A DNA stretch of 64,000 nucleotides, from positions 3,953 through 67,952 of the forward strand of contig NZ_JBALDU010000068.1 in the NCBI RefSeq assembly GCF_036917235.1, given 5' to 3'. The stretch is from Nostoc sp. Lineage in GTDB: Bacteria; Cyanobacteriota; Cyanobacteriia; Cyanobacteriales; Nostocaceae. Positions 20,810 to 30,603 of the stretch are shown here, piece by piece; within the stretch, counting starts at the first letter, position 1, and each line of letters starts with the position of its first letter. A program made the position numbers and the translations under genes. The notes beneath the pieces were generated by a model that had not been told where the DNA came from, did no database searches, and was given only the letters and a program-made list of their open reading frames with translations.

Positions 20810-22246
20810 ATGCATACTATCAATAAAAAGTCAATAAATAATTCCTGGGCTGGTGCGATCGCAGAACCGGCAAAAGAATTTCCCCTTACTCAGCTATCAA
20901 TTATTTCTGGCAAAGTTCCAGATGGCTTGCGTGGCACTCTTTACCGCAATGGCCCTGCACGCCTAGAACGCGGTGGTAATCGCGTAGGACACTGGTTTGA
21001 TGGAGATGGGGCAATTCTCGGCGTTCATTTCACAGATGCAGGAGTTACCGGAGTCTATCGCTATGTGCAAACAGCAGAATATCAAGCTGAAACTCAAGCA
21101 GATAGATTTCTTTATGGTGTCTATGGGATGCATCCACCAGGCCCCATCTGGAAGCGCTGGGGTCAACAGATCAAGAATGCAGCAAATACCTCAGTGTTGG
21201 CTTTACCCGATAAATTGTTGGCTTTATGGGAAGCAAGCAATCCTTATGCCCTTGATTTGCAAACTTTAGAAACGAAGGGATTAGATGATTTAGGTGCTTT
21301 GGATAACGGATTACCTTATTCTGCTCATTACAAGCGCGATTCCCAAACAGGCGAAATTTTTAACTTTGGAATCAGTATCGGCAGTTCCGTACAACTGAAT
21401 CTCTACAAAAGCGATGCTACTGGCAAAATTATCCAAAAAACTGCTTTTAAGCTGGATCGCTACTCGATAATGCATGATTTTGTTTTAACTCAAAGGTATC
21501 TGGTGTTTTTTATGCCACCGATGCGGATGAAAATGCTGTCACTTTTGCTAGGTGTGACTACCTTTAGTGAATCTCTATTGTGGGAACCTCAATTAGGAAC
21601 CCAGGTGTTAATCTTTGACCGGGAAAATTTATCTTTAGTTAGTCGTGGCGAAACTGATCCTTGGTTCAATTGGCATTTTGGCAATGGTTGTGAAGATGAA
21701 GACGGTTCCGTGGTTCTAGATATGGTGCGATATGCAGATTTTCACCAAACTAATGAATATCTCAGAGAATTTGCAAGTGCTAAGACGCACACAGTTACTA
21801 GAGGAACATTGTGGCAAGTTCGCCTCAATCCCCAAACCGGCAAAGTAACAGCAATACAGGAAGTTGTCAATCGCAAGTGTGAATTTCCTGTAGTGCAGCG
21901 ATCGCAAGTTGGACAACCTTGGCGCTATACTTATGTATCATTAATGCCTCAAAGAGGGGATACAGACAAAGAATTATTCAGTGCGATCGCCCGCTTCGAC
22001 TACAAAACCGAAACCCTCACCGAAGCAGACTTAGGAGAAAACCGTTATCCTTCAGAACCCATCTACGCGCAAGATGCCCAAAACCCTGAGCAAGGCTGGG
22101 TGCTAACTGTTGTATACGATGGTAATTCTCATAGTAGTAAAGTTTGGATATTTGATAGCGATCGCCTGGATGCAGAACCAGTTTGCAAACTGGGATTACC
22201 TAGCGTCATTCCCCACAGTTTCCACGGCACTTGGAACCCAGCTTAA
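20810..22246 (+). CDS. Carotenoid oxygenase family protein
   Basis: HWFDGDG, SAHYK, MHDF, WHFGN, PHSFHG (four iron-ligand His); start moved out of the IS end. Confidence 0.9.
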   Translation: MHTINKKSINNSWAGAIAEPAKEFPLTQLSIISGKVPDGLRGTLYRNGPARLERGGNRVGHWFDGDGAILGVHFTDAGVTGVYRYVQTAEYQAETQADRFLYGVYGMHPPGPIWKRWGQQIKNAANTSVLALPDKLLALWEASNPYALDLQTLETKGLDDLGALDNGLPYSAHYKRDSQTGEIFNFGISIGSSVQLNLYKSDATGKIIQKTAFKLDRYSIMHDFVLTQRYLVFFMPPMRMKMLSLLLGVTTFSESLLWEPQLGTQVLIFDRENLSLVSRGETDPWFNWHFGNGCEDEDGSVVLDMVRYADFHQTNEYLREFASAKTHTVTRGTLWQVRLNPQTGKVTAIQEVVNRKCEFPVVQRSQVGQPWRYTYVSLMPQRGDTDKELFSAIARFDYKTETLTEADLGENRYPSEPIYAQDAQNPEQGWVLTVVYDGNSHSSKVWIFDSDRLDAEPVCKLGLPSVIPHSFHGTWNPA

Positions 22247-22345
22247 CAATTCAAAATAATAACAATTAGCGATCGCCTTGAATGCATAACTTCATTTTTT
22301 GGCTCTAAACTATCAGTAACGATATCAAACCCTAATTGTTACGTT

Positions 22346-23242
22346 TAAAGAGAATCTGCAAGGATTGGTCTCAAAGCCTTATAAATATTGGCTTGCAAGT
22401 TTTAGGACGGGTCTATTATGCAGTTGAGCCATACGGCGTTGTCCTTCTGATTCAGACTGAGCAAACCGCTGATGTGCAGCTGCTATGGTTTCATCATCAA
22501 CATACTGAATCAGTTCATTCGCTGCATCTCAAGCTTTTTGCGTAGTTTCCCTGACTATGACGTGCATCCGAATTCCAAAGCGGACTGTTCTACCTTGTTC
22601 TGCTGCTAATTGGCGTACCTTTGCAATCTTTTGAGCAACTTGATCTGGTGGTTCACCCCAAGTTAAATACACATCAATATGTTTCGCTGCAACTTGAAGC
22701 GCAGCATCCGAAGAACCACCAAAATATAAGGTAGGGTAAGGCTTTTGTACGGGAGGAAATTGGAGTTTTGCGCCTTGAACTTGCAAGTGGCGACCACTCA
22801 CTATAGGTTACTTCTTCACCTTGCATGAGCGATCGCCAAATTGTCAAAAACTCATCTGTGAGTTCATAACGCTGATCGTGATCTAAGAAAATTCCATCTT
22901 TAGCAAGTTCTTTGGTGTCGCCACCAGTGACAACATTTAGAATAATTCGACCGTTAGAAATCTGGTCAAAAGTAGCAGCCATCCTCACTGCTAATGAAGG
23001 CGACATAATTGCCGGACGAAAAGCGACAAGAAACCGCAAGCGTTCTGTAACTGAAATTAAGGAAGTCGCTACAATCCAAGTATCTTGTTTTTGTCCAGTA
23101 CCAATCAACATCCCACCATAGCCCAATTTATCAACAGCTTGAGCGATTTGCTGCATATAGGATAAGTGGCTGCTCGTCTGCCAATTGTAGTACCTAAATA
23201 ACGCTCATCTCCCTGTGTAGGTAAATACCAAAAAACTTCCAT
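22346..23242 (-). pseudogene. ssuD: Alkanesulfonate monooxygenase (SsuD family), multiply disrupted
   Basis: MEVFWYLPTQGD..., [30 protein letters not shown] pieces in three frames; TGG>TGA stop; 3' truncation. Confidence 0.85.
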
Positions 23243-23259
23243 GTTCCTATCTCCTGTCC

Positions 23260-24306
23260 CTATTTCTGACTGATGGTTTCTGGTGTGATGGCTGTATATT
23301 CTTCATTAGTCAGCATCGCTTCCTTGATACTAATAGGTTTAGGAATCACTTTTTCTTTGGCAAACAAATCTGCAATCTTCTGTTGATTTTCCATGATTTC
23401 TGGGGTAATTGGTCTTAACCCATAAGTTCGCCTTTCAATCATTGTTGTTAAAATATCTTCATCAATTTTGAGATGAGGAATAGTCAGTTTTACAACTTCT
23501 GCTCGGTTTTTCTCACCCCATTTACCTGTGTTATCGATTTCCTCAAGAACTAATCGCACTAATTTCGGATTTTCTGTGGCAAATTTTCGCGCAGCCATAT
23601 AATATCCGCCCTGAGTAGAAATGCCACTAGCATCTCGCAAAACACGAGCATTGGCCTTTTTTTGGGCCACGGCTAAATAAGGGTCCCAAGTTACCCAAGC
23701 ATCTATTTTGCCTTGAATAAAAGCATCACGAGCTTCTGAAGGAGGGAGGCTAAGAGCTTGAATATCACTATATTTCAAACCAGCCTCTTCCAAAGCTTTT
23801 ATTAATAAATAATGGGAAGCAGAACCCTTTTGAAAAACTACTTTTTTACCTTTGAGATCGGCTAAAGTCCGAATCGGTGAATTATTTTGGACGATAATTC
23901 CGCTTCCTTTACCAGTACTGGGTTTATTACTAGCAACATAAACTAAAGATGTACCAGCAGCTTGGGCAAATATCGGGGGAGTCTCGCCGACAGAACCAAT
24001 ATCAACCCTACCCACATTCATCGCTTCCATCAGTTGTGGCCCGGCGGCAAATTGCGCCCATTCTACAGAAACACCTAAAGGCTTTAGACGTTTTTCGATC
24101 AATCCTTTAAGTCTGACAATATCCCCAGAACTTTGATACCCCATTCGGACAACTTTGGTTTTCAAATCGATGGTTTGATTTTCTGAGTTTGGGGTTTGGA
24201 CTGAGCAACTAATTAAGGTTGTTGAGATTGTTAATAATCCAGGTAAAAGGAATAGTGAAAAACGTTGGAAAATCTTAACTTGTGGCTGTTTTAAGGCGAG
24301 AATCAT
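23260..24306 (-). CDS. ssuA: Aliphatic sulfonate ABC transporter substrate-binding protein
   Basis: Lipoprotein signal LISC; FAAGPQLMEA, VGETPP, KGSASHY, IDAWVTWDPY. Confidence 0.9.
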   Translation of the reverse strand: MILALKQPQVKIFQRFSLFLLPGLLTISTTLISCSVQTPNSENQTIDLKTKVVRMGYQSSGDIVRLKGLIEKRLKPLGVSVEWAQFAAGPQLMEAMNVGRVDIGSVGETPPIFAQAAGTSLVYVASNKPSTGKGSGIIVQNNSPIRTLADLKGKKVVFQKGSASHYLLIKALEEAGLKYSDIQALSLPPSEARDAFIQGKIDAWVTWDPYLAVAQKKANARVLRDASGISTQGGYYMAARKFATENPKLVRLVLEEIDNTGKWGEKNRAEVVKLTIPHLKIDEDILTTMIERRTYGLRPITPEIMENQQKIADLFAKEKVIPKPISIKEAMLTNEEYTAITPETISQK

Positions 24307-24426
24307 GGACGTGATACTTTGTTTTTTAATTTGCTTTTGACTTATTTGGCTAATATTTGCCTATCTTCAGTCGTAGAGGCGCACAGATGTACGCCTCTAG
24401 TGTTGTATTGCTCCTAACCTAAAGAT

Positions 24427-25182
24427 TTAGACTTTTTGAAGTTGAAGGTTCTTTCGGAATAGTTCTTGAACATTTTTCCAAGCATCGGCAGCAGCTTCGG
24501 CATTGTAGCTGGCGCGATGGTTGCAGAAAAAGCCATGTCCTGCACCGGGATAACGGAAAATAGCATGAGTAATCTGATTTTTCTTCAATTCAGCCTCAAT
24601 CTGTTCTGTATGTTCTAAGGGGATTCCCTGATCGTCAAGTCCAAAGAAGGCGTAAATAGGGCCTTTAATCTCTGGAGTGCGGGTGATGGTTGGTTCTCCA
24701 CCGCCGGGAGTTGAGTTGGGAATACCGCCGCCATAGAAAGAAGCTGTAACTTTGATATCTGGTAAAGTGGCAGCTAGATAAACGACATGACCACCAAAGC
24801 AGAAACCAATAGAGCCGATCGCATCTCCTTGTACATTTGGTAGAGTTCTTAAATAAGCGATCGCAGCCTTAATATCACTCAATATTTCCTCTGCTGTTGT
24901 CTGCTCTTTATACCCTCTTCCTTGCTGAACATCTTCAGGAGTGTATCCACCCTCAAAACCGGGGGCGGTGCGTTGAAATAAAGTTGGTGCGATCGCCACA
25001 TACCCCTCTTTGGCAAATTTCTCAGCAACTTCCCGAATGTGAATATTAACCCCAAAAATTTCCTGAATCACAATAACGGCTGGGAAGGTTCCCTTTTTTA
25101 TTGGTTCAGCTAAGTAAGCATCAATTTGCAAATCTCCGTTAGGGACTTTAACTTGAGCAGTACGAATTTCTGTGTTTGTCAT
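24427..25182 (-). CDS. Dienelactone hydrolase family protein
   Basis: QEIFGVN, GFCFGG, AGHGF motifs. Confidence 0.92.
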   Translation of the reverse strand: MTNTEIRTAQVKVPNGDLQIDAYLAEPIKKGTFPAVIVIQEIFGVNIHIREVAEKFAKEGYVAIAPTLFQRTAPGFEGGYTPEDVQQGRGYKEQTTAEEILSDIKAAIAYLRTLPNVQGDAIGSIGFCFGGHVVYLAATLPDIKVTASFYGGGIPNSTPGGGEPTITRTPEIKGPIYAFFGLDDQGIPLEHTEQIEAELKKNQITHAIFRYPGAGHGFFCNHRASYNAEAAADAWKNVQELFRKNLQLQKV

Positions 25183-25331
25183 CTTAGGATTAGCCTGTAA
25201 TTGCTTTCAGGACGCGATGTTTTATGGTAATTTTTGTATAATACTACTTAAAACATATCAGTTAACCGTAGTTTAAGAGTAGTATTTCACAAACAATGTG
25301 CAAAGGCAAGTCCTTTGATTTAGAGATGTAG

Positions 25332-25745
25332 ATGAACATAAGACCATACCAAGAATCTGATGCTGAATTAGTCAGTGCTTTGTGGGATGAGGTGTTTCCT
25401 AATAATCCGTCGCACAGCAGCCCAAAATTGGTAATCAGTCAGAAACTTGCTGTACAGCCTGAGTTGTTTTTCGTTACTGAGATTAACTCTGTAATTGTAG
25501 GCACTATCATGGCAGGATATGACGGGCATCGCGGTTGGCTATACACAGTTGCGGTCAGTCCTCAGTATCAACGGCAGGGTATTGGTAGCAAGCTAGTGCA
25601 GCACGCAGAGAAGGTAATGATAGCGATGGGATGCCTCAAAATCAATCTTCAAGTTCGTGTCTCCAACGCAGAAGTAGTTGAGTTTTATAGAAAACTTGGC
25701 TATCTCATTGAAGAACGCATCAGTATGGAAAAGCTTGTCGCATAA
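25332..25745 (+). CDS. GNAT acetyltransferase (YpeA-like)
   Basis: MAGYDGHRGWLY, QRQGIGS, FYRKLGY. Confidence 0.9.
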   Translation: MNIRPYQESDAELVSALWDEVFPNNPSHSSPKLVISQKLAVQPELFFVTEINSVIVGTIMAGYDGHRGWLYTVAVSPQYQRQGIGSKLVQHAEKVMIAMGCLKINLQVRVSNAEVVEFYRKLGYLIEERISMEKLVA

Positions 25746-25848
25746 ATGTGTGGTGAGTTTGAACAGAAAAACTTTAGAAATACGCCAGTATTACAGCAAA
25801 AGGTGATTGTAGCGCTACCAAATTTAACCCAAATTAGGAGAAAAATTT

Positions 25849-26259
25849 ATGAAGCTTAATGCAATTCATCATATTCAAGTAACCTATCCTTTTGAAGTGG
25901 AGGAAGCAATGCTATCTTTCTACAGCGAAGTTTTGGGACTGACTGAAATTGCCAGACCTGATGTCATCAAAAATGATCCAGGAGCGTGGTACAAGCTGGG
26001 AGACATTGAACTGCACGTTAGTAGAGAGAAAAACGCCAATAACCAAGCATCTAGACGACATTTTTGTTTCCAAATCGATAACTTGAACGCCTTTGAAGAA
26101 CACCTAAAAGAGCATGGGATAGAAATTATTCCCGATCGACGACCACTTCCAGGATGCGTGCGGTTTTTCCTCCGAGATCCCGGCGGGAATCGTATAGAGA
26201 TTGCAGAGTTCGTTAAAAGTACTTTTGCACAGCAACAAACAATCGATTTTGTAGCCTGA
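25849..26259 (+). CDS. VOC/glyoxalase family protein
   Basis: IHHIQV, RHFCF, LRDPGGNRIE. Confidence 0.88.
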   Translation: MKLNAIHHIQVTYPFEVEEAMLSFYSEVLGLTEIARPDVIKNDPGAWYKLGDIELHVSREKNANNQASRRHFCFQIDNLNAFEEHLKEHGIEIIPDRRPLPGCVRFFLRDPGGNRIEIAEFVKSTFAQQQTIDFVA

Positions 26260-26317
26260 AACCCTTACTGTGGAAACAATCGACACCAGTCAACCCCTTT
26301 GGGGAATTCAAAATTCA

Positions 26318-26412
26318 AAATGACGCTCTCTACGAGACGCTAAAAGCGAACGAAGACTCACTCTAAGCGAAGCCATGCCGTTGGCGTTCGCGTTAGCGTC
26401 TCTGAAAGAGAA
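26318..26412. repeat. Nested SDR-type elements
   Basis: CTCTACGAGACGCTAAAAGCGAA and TTCGCGTTAGCGTCTCTGAAAGAG units. Confidence 0.6.
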
Positions 26413-26600
26413 CAGGACTTACGCAACTGGCACACTGCGATGGGAGCAACGCGAAAAAGTGAGATCGGGGTTTAATTCTCAGTTATATGGTTAGATTCTC
26501 AATAAAAACAGATGTTTCGCTGCGATCGCACTATTAAACAGGTGATTTGTACCCCTAATTTTTAGCACCTCACAAAATCGCGTTGCTCCCCACTGCAATC
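26413..26600. mobile_element. MITE-like remnant
   Basis: Begins with CAGGACTTACGCA end motif; 13-bp inverted repeat GGGAGCAACGCGA at 26442-26454 and 26578-26590. Confidence 0.55.
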
Positions 26601-26694
26601 GCCATTTAGTAGTACATTAGTATTATTTAGCCTCTTTCTAAAAGCTTTGTATTCGGAATAGAAACGGCATTGGTGAAGCACTATTGGAATATTT

Positions 26695-26949
26695 CAGGAC
26701 TTACACAACTGTCACAAGCAATGGTGCGGCGTAGCCGTGCCGAGCGCCAAACAACCTAAAAGGCAAACATGGGAACATTGGGACGCTTTAGTTGTTGAAT
26801 TAAATAATTTGACAGCAATCCATGCTTAATTTTATAAATTGTTTGACCACTTTTATAAGCTAAATCTTTAAGTCGAAGCCAAACTAAAATAGCGCAAGCA
26901 ATATGATTTCTTTGAATACGAGCCTTACGGCATTGACATGATTCAATGC
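26695..26949 (-). mobile_element. IS701-family transposase 3' remnant with terminal sequence
   Basis: IESCQCRKARIQRNHIACAILVW; CAGGACTTACACA end at 26695. Confidence 0.8.
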
Positions 26950-27229
26950 GTAAGGATTCAGGTCTAATATTGAGGAAGTAAAGAAGGGCGAGACAGGGAG
27001 TTACTAGAATTAGCAATTATAAACGTTCTACTTCTTGCTGTAGTTCTAAGATTGTTTTCTGTAACTCACATATTGCCTTGCTCTGCTCAATAATTATCTC
27101 TACCAGTTCTTCTTTTGATAACTGGTTCAAGCTTTCTCGGTCTAAATCTTGAGGCAGGTTTTGGTTCATATTTGTGATACTCCCCCTCAAGTGTCCCCTT
27201 TGTCAATACTCTGCCACCTGAATCCTTAC
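26950..27229 (-). mobile_element. Internally deleted IS66-like mini-element
   Basis: 14-bp perfect TIRs GTAAGGATTCAGGT; frame from 27169 reads MNQNLPQDLDRESLNQLSKEELVEIIIEQ; no TSD. Confidence 0.75.
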
Positions 27230-27330
27230 CACGAGTTAATTCTTCAATGGCAAGTGGGATAGCTACAGAGCGGAGATGTCTAATAACCATAATCCTGGCT
27301 TAAAACAGCGATGATTGCAGATTAGGGGAG

Positions 27331-28677
27331 CTAAGTGCTAATCGCAGCTAATTCAGATTTTTGTGAAATTTGCAATTCCTCAAATTGAACTACTTCGTCA
27401 GCACAAGTTTTACCAGCTTCAAAGCAGGCTTCAAGAGATGCTCCTTTGATGTAATCACCTGTTAGATAAAGCCCTGGAAGTTGGGAAAGCTGAGTTTTTA
27501 GATTGGTGGTGAATTGAGGATAATTGCTAGTATAGGCACACAATCCAACTGGATGATATTTAGCAACGTATCGCATACGATCAGATCCGCTAATGGGAAT
27601 ATATTTATTTAGAGCTTCTTCTGCTAAACGAATGAGTTCTTCAGAAGTAGCTCCATCCTTCATGTAGCGGCGACCTGTACGACCACTAAAGGTATAGCGA
27701 ATAACGTTGCGTTCGTTAATACCGTAAGCTCCGGCATTGCTGATAGGATATGTGTCATTAAATACTAAAGCCCGTACTTTTTTTGAAAAAACTTCGCGAG
27801 CGTACTCTGCTACCACTACAGTTACAGGATAGTAGTTAACCAAGTCTAAAGTTTCAGCTAGCTCTGAACTTTGAGGTGCAACTATTTTAGAAGATACTGA
27901 TGCAGGAGTTGCCAATATAACACCCGCATATTCTAATTCTTGCACACCAGATAAATCCCGTAATCGTAGACCGACAACACGTCCATTGCGAACCATCAAC
28001 GACTCTACACGACTATTCAATCGTACAGGCCCAGTTTTAGCAAACTGTTCCAATACAGGTTGCATTCCTTGAGTCAACTGGTCGTAAGTATCAAGAACCA
28101 TGCGGAGATTACTCCCCAGATTTCCAACATAAGCTTCTTCTGGTTCTGCTCCATTCATCCGAACGGTCATAGGTCGGATAACAACCTGACAAAAATTGGG
28201 GCTGAAATATTCACTCAGAGGTTTATCTCCTAGACGTTGACAGAAGTCAGTGAAGTAAGGGCCACCCAAAAGACCATTTTGAAGGTTTCGCATGACGGCT
28301 CCACAAACATTCCAGAACCGCCAGATATCTTTAGGAGTCCCTTGGCTCAAAAATTCTAGGGTTGCTTTGACACGGCGACTGTTATCTAAAGTTAGTAATT
28401 TATTGTTACGAACTTGAGAAGAGTTAAGCCCAAAAAACTCATAGGGATTGTTCCCCATTGCAGTTGTAAACTCTCGGAAAAGATTGTATGTTCTACCAAT
28501 ATTTTTTCCTCCTAACTGTACTGGTCTATCTCCTAATAGAAATGGGCGAATGCGTCCACCAATGGCATCATCTTGCTCAATTAATTCAACATTGAAGCCA
28601 CGTTGTCGTAGATAGTAAGCCGTAGCAATACCACTAGCACCACTACCAATAACTGCGTATGTGTTTAAATTCATCAT
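27331..28677 (-). CDS. FAD-dependent oxidoreductase (HemY/amine oxidase superfamily)
   Basis: GSGASG Rossmann fold, GGR motif, GLYLTGDY..GASLEAC tail. Confidence 0.85.
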   Translation of the reverse strand: MMNLNTYAVIGSGASGIATAYYLRQRGFNVELIEQDDAIGGRIRPFLLGDRPVQLGGKNIGRTYNLFREFTTAMGNNPYEFFGLNSSQVRNNKLLTLDNSRRVKATLEFLSQGTPKDIWRFWNVCGAVMRNLQNGLLGGPYFTDFCQRLGDKPLSEYFSPNFCQVVIRPMTVRMNGAEPEEAYVGNLGSNLRMVLDTYDQLTQGMQPVLEQFAKTGPVRLNSRVESLMVRNGRVVGLRLRDLSGVQELEYAGVILATPASVSSKIVAPQSSELAETLDLVNYYPVTVVVAEYAREVFSKKVRALVFNDTYPISNAGAYGINERNVIRYTFSGRTGRRYMKDGATSEELIRLAEEALNKYIPISGSDRMRYVAKYHPVGLCAYTSNYPQFTTNLKTQLSQLPGLYLTGDYIKGASLEACFEAGKTCADEVVQFEELQISQKSELAAIST

Positions 28678-28834
28678 TCACCTCTAATTATATTTACGAA
28701 ATAGTGTCATTCAGTTCTCTGAGCCATCTAGCAGCAACTTGCAACTTTAACTTGATAATCTTGACAACTTCCAATTAGAAAATAACGAGATTATTAAGTA
28801 TGCTACAAAGTCTAAACGCTATATTTGAAGAATA

Positions 28835-29125
28835 TTAATCTTCTAAGACAGTAATGGTTACTTTGCGATAAGCTTGATCTCGAAATGGTAAAACTTCCAA
28901 GTAACGTGGATCTGTTAACCATCCTCGTACATGCTCAACTGAGGGGAACTTTAATATTCGGATAGATTCTTCCTCAAAAGAACCGAGCAATCGCTCCTTG
29001 GTGTGCATACGTAAAACTACTTCTGCTCCATATTCATCACGAATTGCTACAGCCCGTTTTTTGTAATTCTCAGCAGCTTCCGATGCATGAGGATTAGGTG
29101 TTAATGTTACCAGCACATGAACCAT
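28835..29125 (-). CDS. DUF1330-like small alpha/beta-barrel protein
   Basis: ILKFPS..VRGWLTDPRY....RDQA pattern. Confidence 0.7.
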   Translation of the reverse strand: MVHVLVTLTPNPHASEAAENYKKRAVAIRDEYGAEVVLRMHTKERLLGSFEEESIRILKFPSVEHVRGWLTDPRYLEVLPFRDQAYRKVTITVLED

Positions 29126-29203
29126 TAATCTTTTACCTTGATTAGCTATTGATAATTTTTAGCTAGGAATGTCTTAAAAATCGCTCATATCTACAATCGA
29201 CAA

Positions 29204-30169
29204 TTAGACTAGTTGCGATTCTAAAACTTCTTGTAACTCAATCAATGTCTTCTGCAAAGATTTAACATCTTCAACACTAAAAACTAGAGCAGACGGAACA
29301 ATCTTTTTAATTAACTTAGACAAGATTTTCCCTGGTCCGACCTCAACAAAAATTTCAATTCCTTGTTGTTGGATATAACGTATCGAAGCCTCCCAATGAA
29401 CAGCAGAAGTTATTTGCTGCTCTGATAACTGCCTCCATTCATAACCCTTGAGCATTGGTCCTGCTGTAACATTTGAGATTACAGGTATAGTTGCATTATT
29501 GAATTGAAACTTACGAACTATATGAGCAAACTGTTGTGCAGCTTCTTGCATTAAAGGAGAATGAAAAGCCCCTGAGACAGCTAAAGGGATAGCTTTCAGA
29601 TTATTTTCAAAGGCATAAAAAAGAGCTTCTTCTATAGAAGCATTATCACCGGATATAACAATTTGTTCTGGTGAGTTCAAGTTAGCAGGAACTAACACAC
29701 CATTTGGTTGCACATTTTCTCTACATAGTTCTTCTGCTTGTTTTAATGTAACTCCTTTTAGAGCCAACATACCACCCTCCTGCGTTTTTGACATTAAGGC
29801 TCCTCTAACTTCAATCAAGCGTATAGCATCTGCAAAAGAGAGTACGCCAGCAGCAACTAATGCAGCATATTCTCCAGCACTATGTCCACAGATAAATTTT
29901 GGTTTTATAGGAAAATGTTCTTGAAAAACACTGTACAGGGCTATGTTCGTTGTTAATAAACAAGGTTGTGCAATGGAGGTTTCCATCAAATTTTCTTCCA
30001 AACCGAAAAATGAGAGATTCCGAATATTTAAATTTGTAATTTGTTCGGCAGTCTCAAAAATTTTTTCTGCTGAGATAAACTTCTTAGAAATTTCTAATCC
30101 CATTCCTACATATTGAGAACCTTGTCCGGGAAAAACTAACGCGTAATTGTTTGAAGTTAATCGTTTCAT
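29204..30169 (-). CDS. fabD: Malonyl-CoA:ACP transacylase (second copy)
   Basis: FPGQGSQ, GHSAGEY, RG..M, VSGAFHS, EVGPG. Confidence 0.93.
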   Translation of the reverse strand: MKRLTSNNYALVFPGQGSQYVGMGLEISKKFISAEKIFETAEQITNLNIRNLSFFGLEENLMETSIAQPCLLTTNIALYSVFQEHFPIKPKFICGHSAGEYAALVAAGVLSFADAIRLIEVRGALMSKTQEGGMLALKGVTLKQAEELCRENVQPNGVLVPANLNSPEQIVISGDNASIEEALFYAFENNLKAIPLAVSGAFHSPLMQEAAQQFAHIVRKFQFNNATIPVISNVTAGPMLKGYEWRQLSEQQITSAVHWEASIRYIQQQGIEIFVEVGPGKILSKLIKKIVPSALVFSVEDVKSLQKTLIELQEVLESQLV

Positions 30170-30251
30170 AGTTTAAAGAAACCTCCATTGATATCAAGAT
30201 ATTTAAATCTAAACTTTTTGACGTAACTTTTAAAGATATAAAAATCTTTTT

Positions 30252-30521
30252 CTAGCTATTATTTAATGCTGATTCCAATAATTGATAGGCATTTTGTACT
30301 GTTTTAATTCTTCCAGCTTGAGTTGTAGATATCTTCACACCAAATTTTTGCCGTATTAGCATCACAATTTTGACAATATCCACGGAAGATATTCCTACAT
30401 CATCTACCCAAGAAGCATCAGGAAGAAGCTTATTTTGGTCTATGTTAAGTCTTTGGGCAACAGCATTACAAAATTCATAGAATGAAACTGGCTTAGAGTC
30501 TTTTTCATTGATTGCAACCAT
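30252..30521 (-). CDS. Atypical, non-acidic acyl carrier protein
   Basis: 89 aa; GISSVD at the phosphopantetheine site; F..KI and IKTV ACP pattern. Confidence 0.82.
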   Translation of the reverse strand: MVAINEKDSKPVSFYEFCNAVAQRLNIDQNKLLPDASWVDDVGISSVDIVKIVMLIRQKFGVKISTTQAGRIKTVQNAYQLLESALNNS

Positions 30522-30603
30522 GTTCTTCTCCTTCTCTATTTTGAGAGTTTCTTAAATATAGTAGTACTTTTCAATCAGTATTTGAGTAACCAATAGAGCT
30601 AAT

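Noticed and set aside
27087-27290. 67-aa ORF in the supplied track
   Set aside because: Wrong frame across an IS66 left end; the real frame starts at 27169
27331-28677. Calling the flavoprotein hemY/hemG
   Set aside because: Only fold-level motifs match, and the context is not tetrapyrrole biosynthesis
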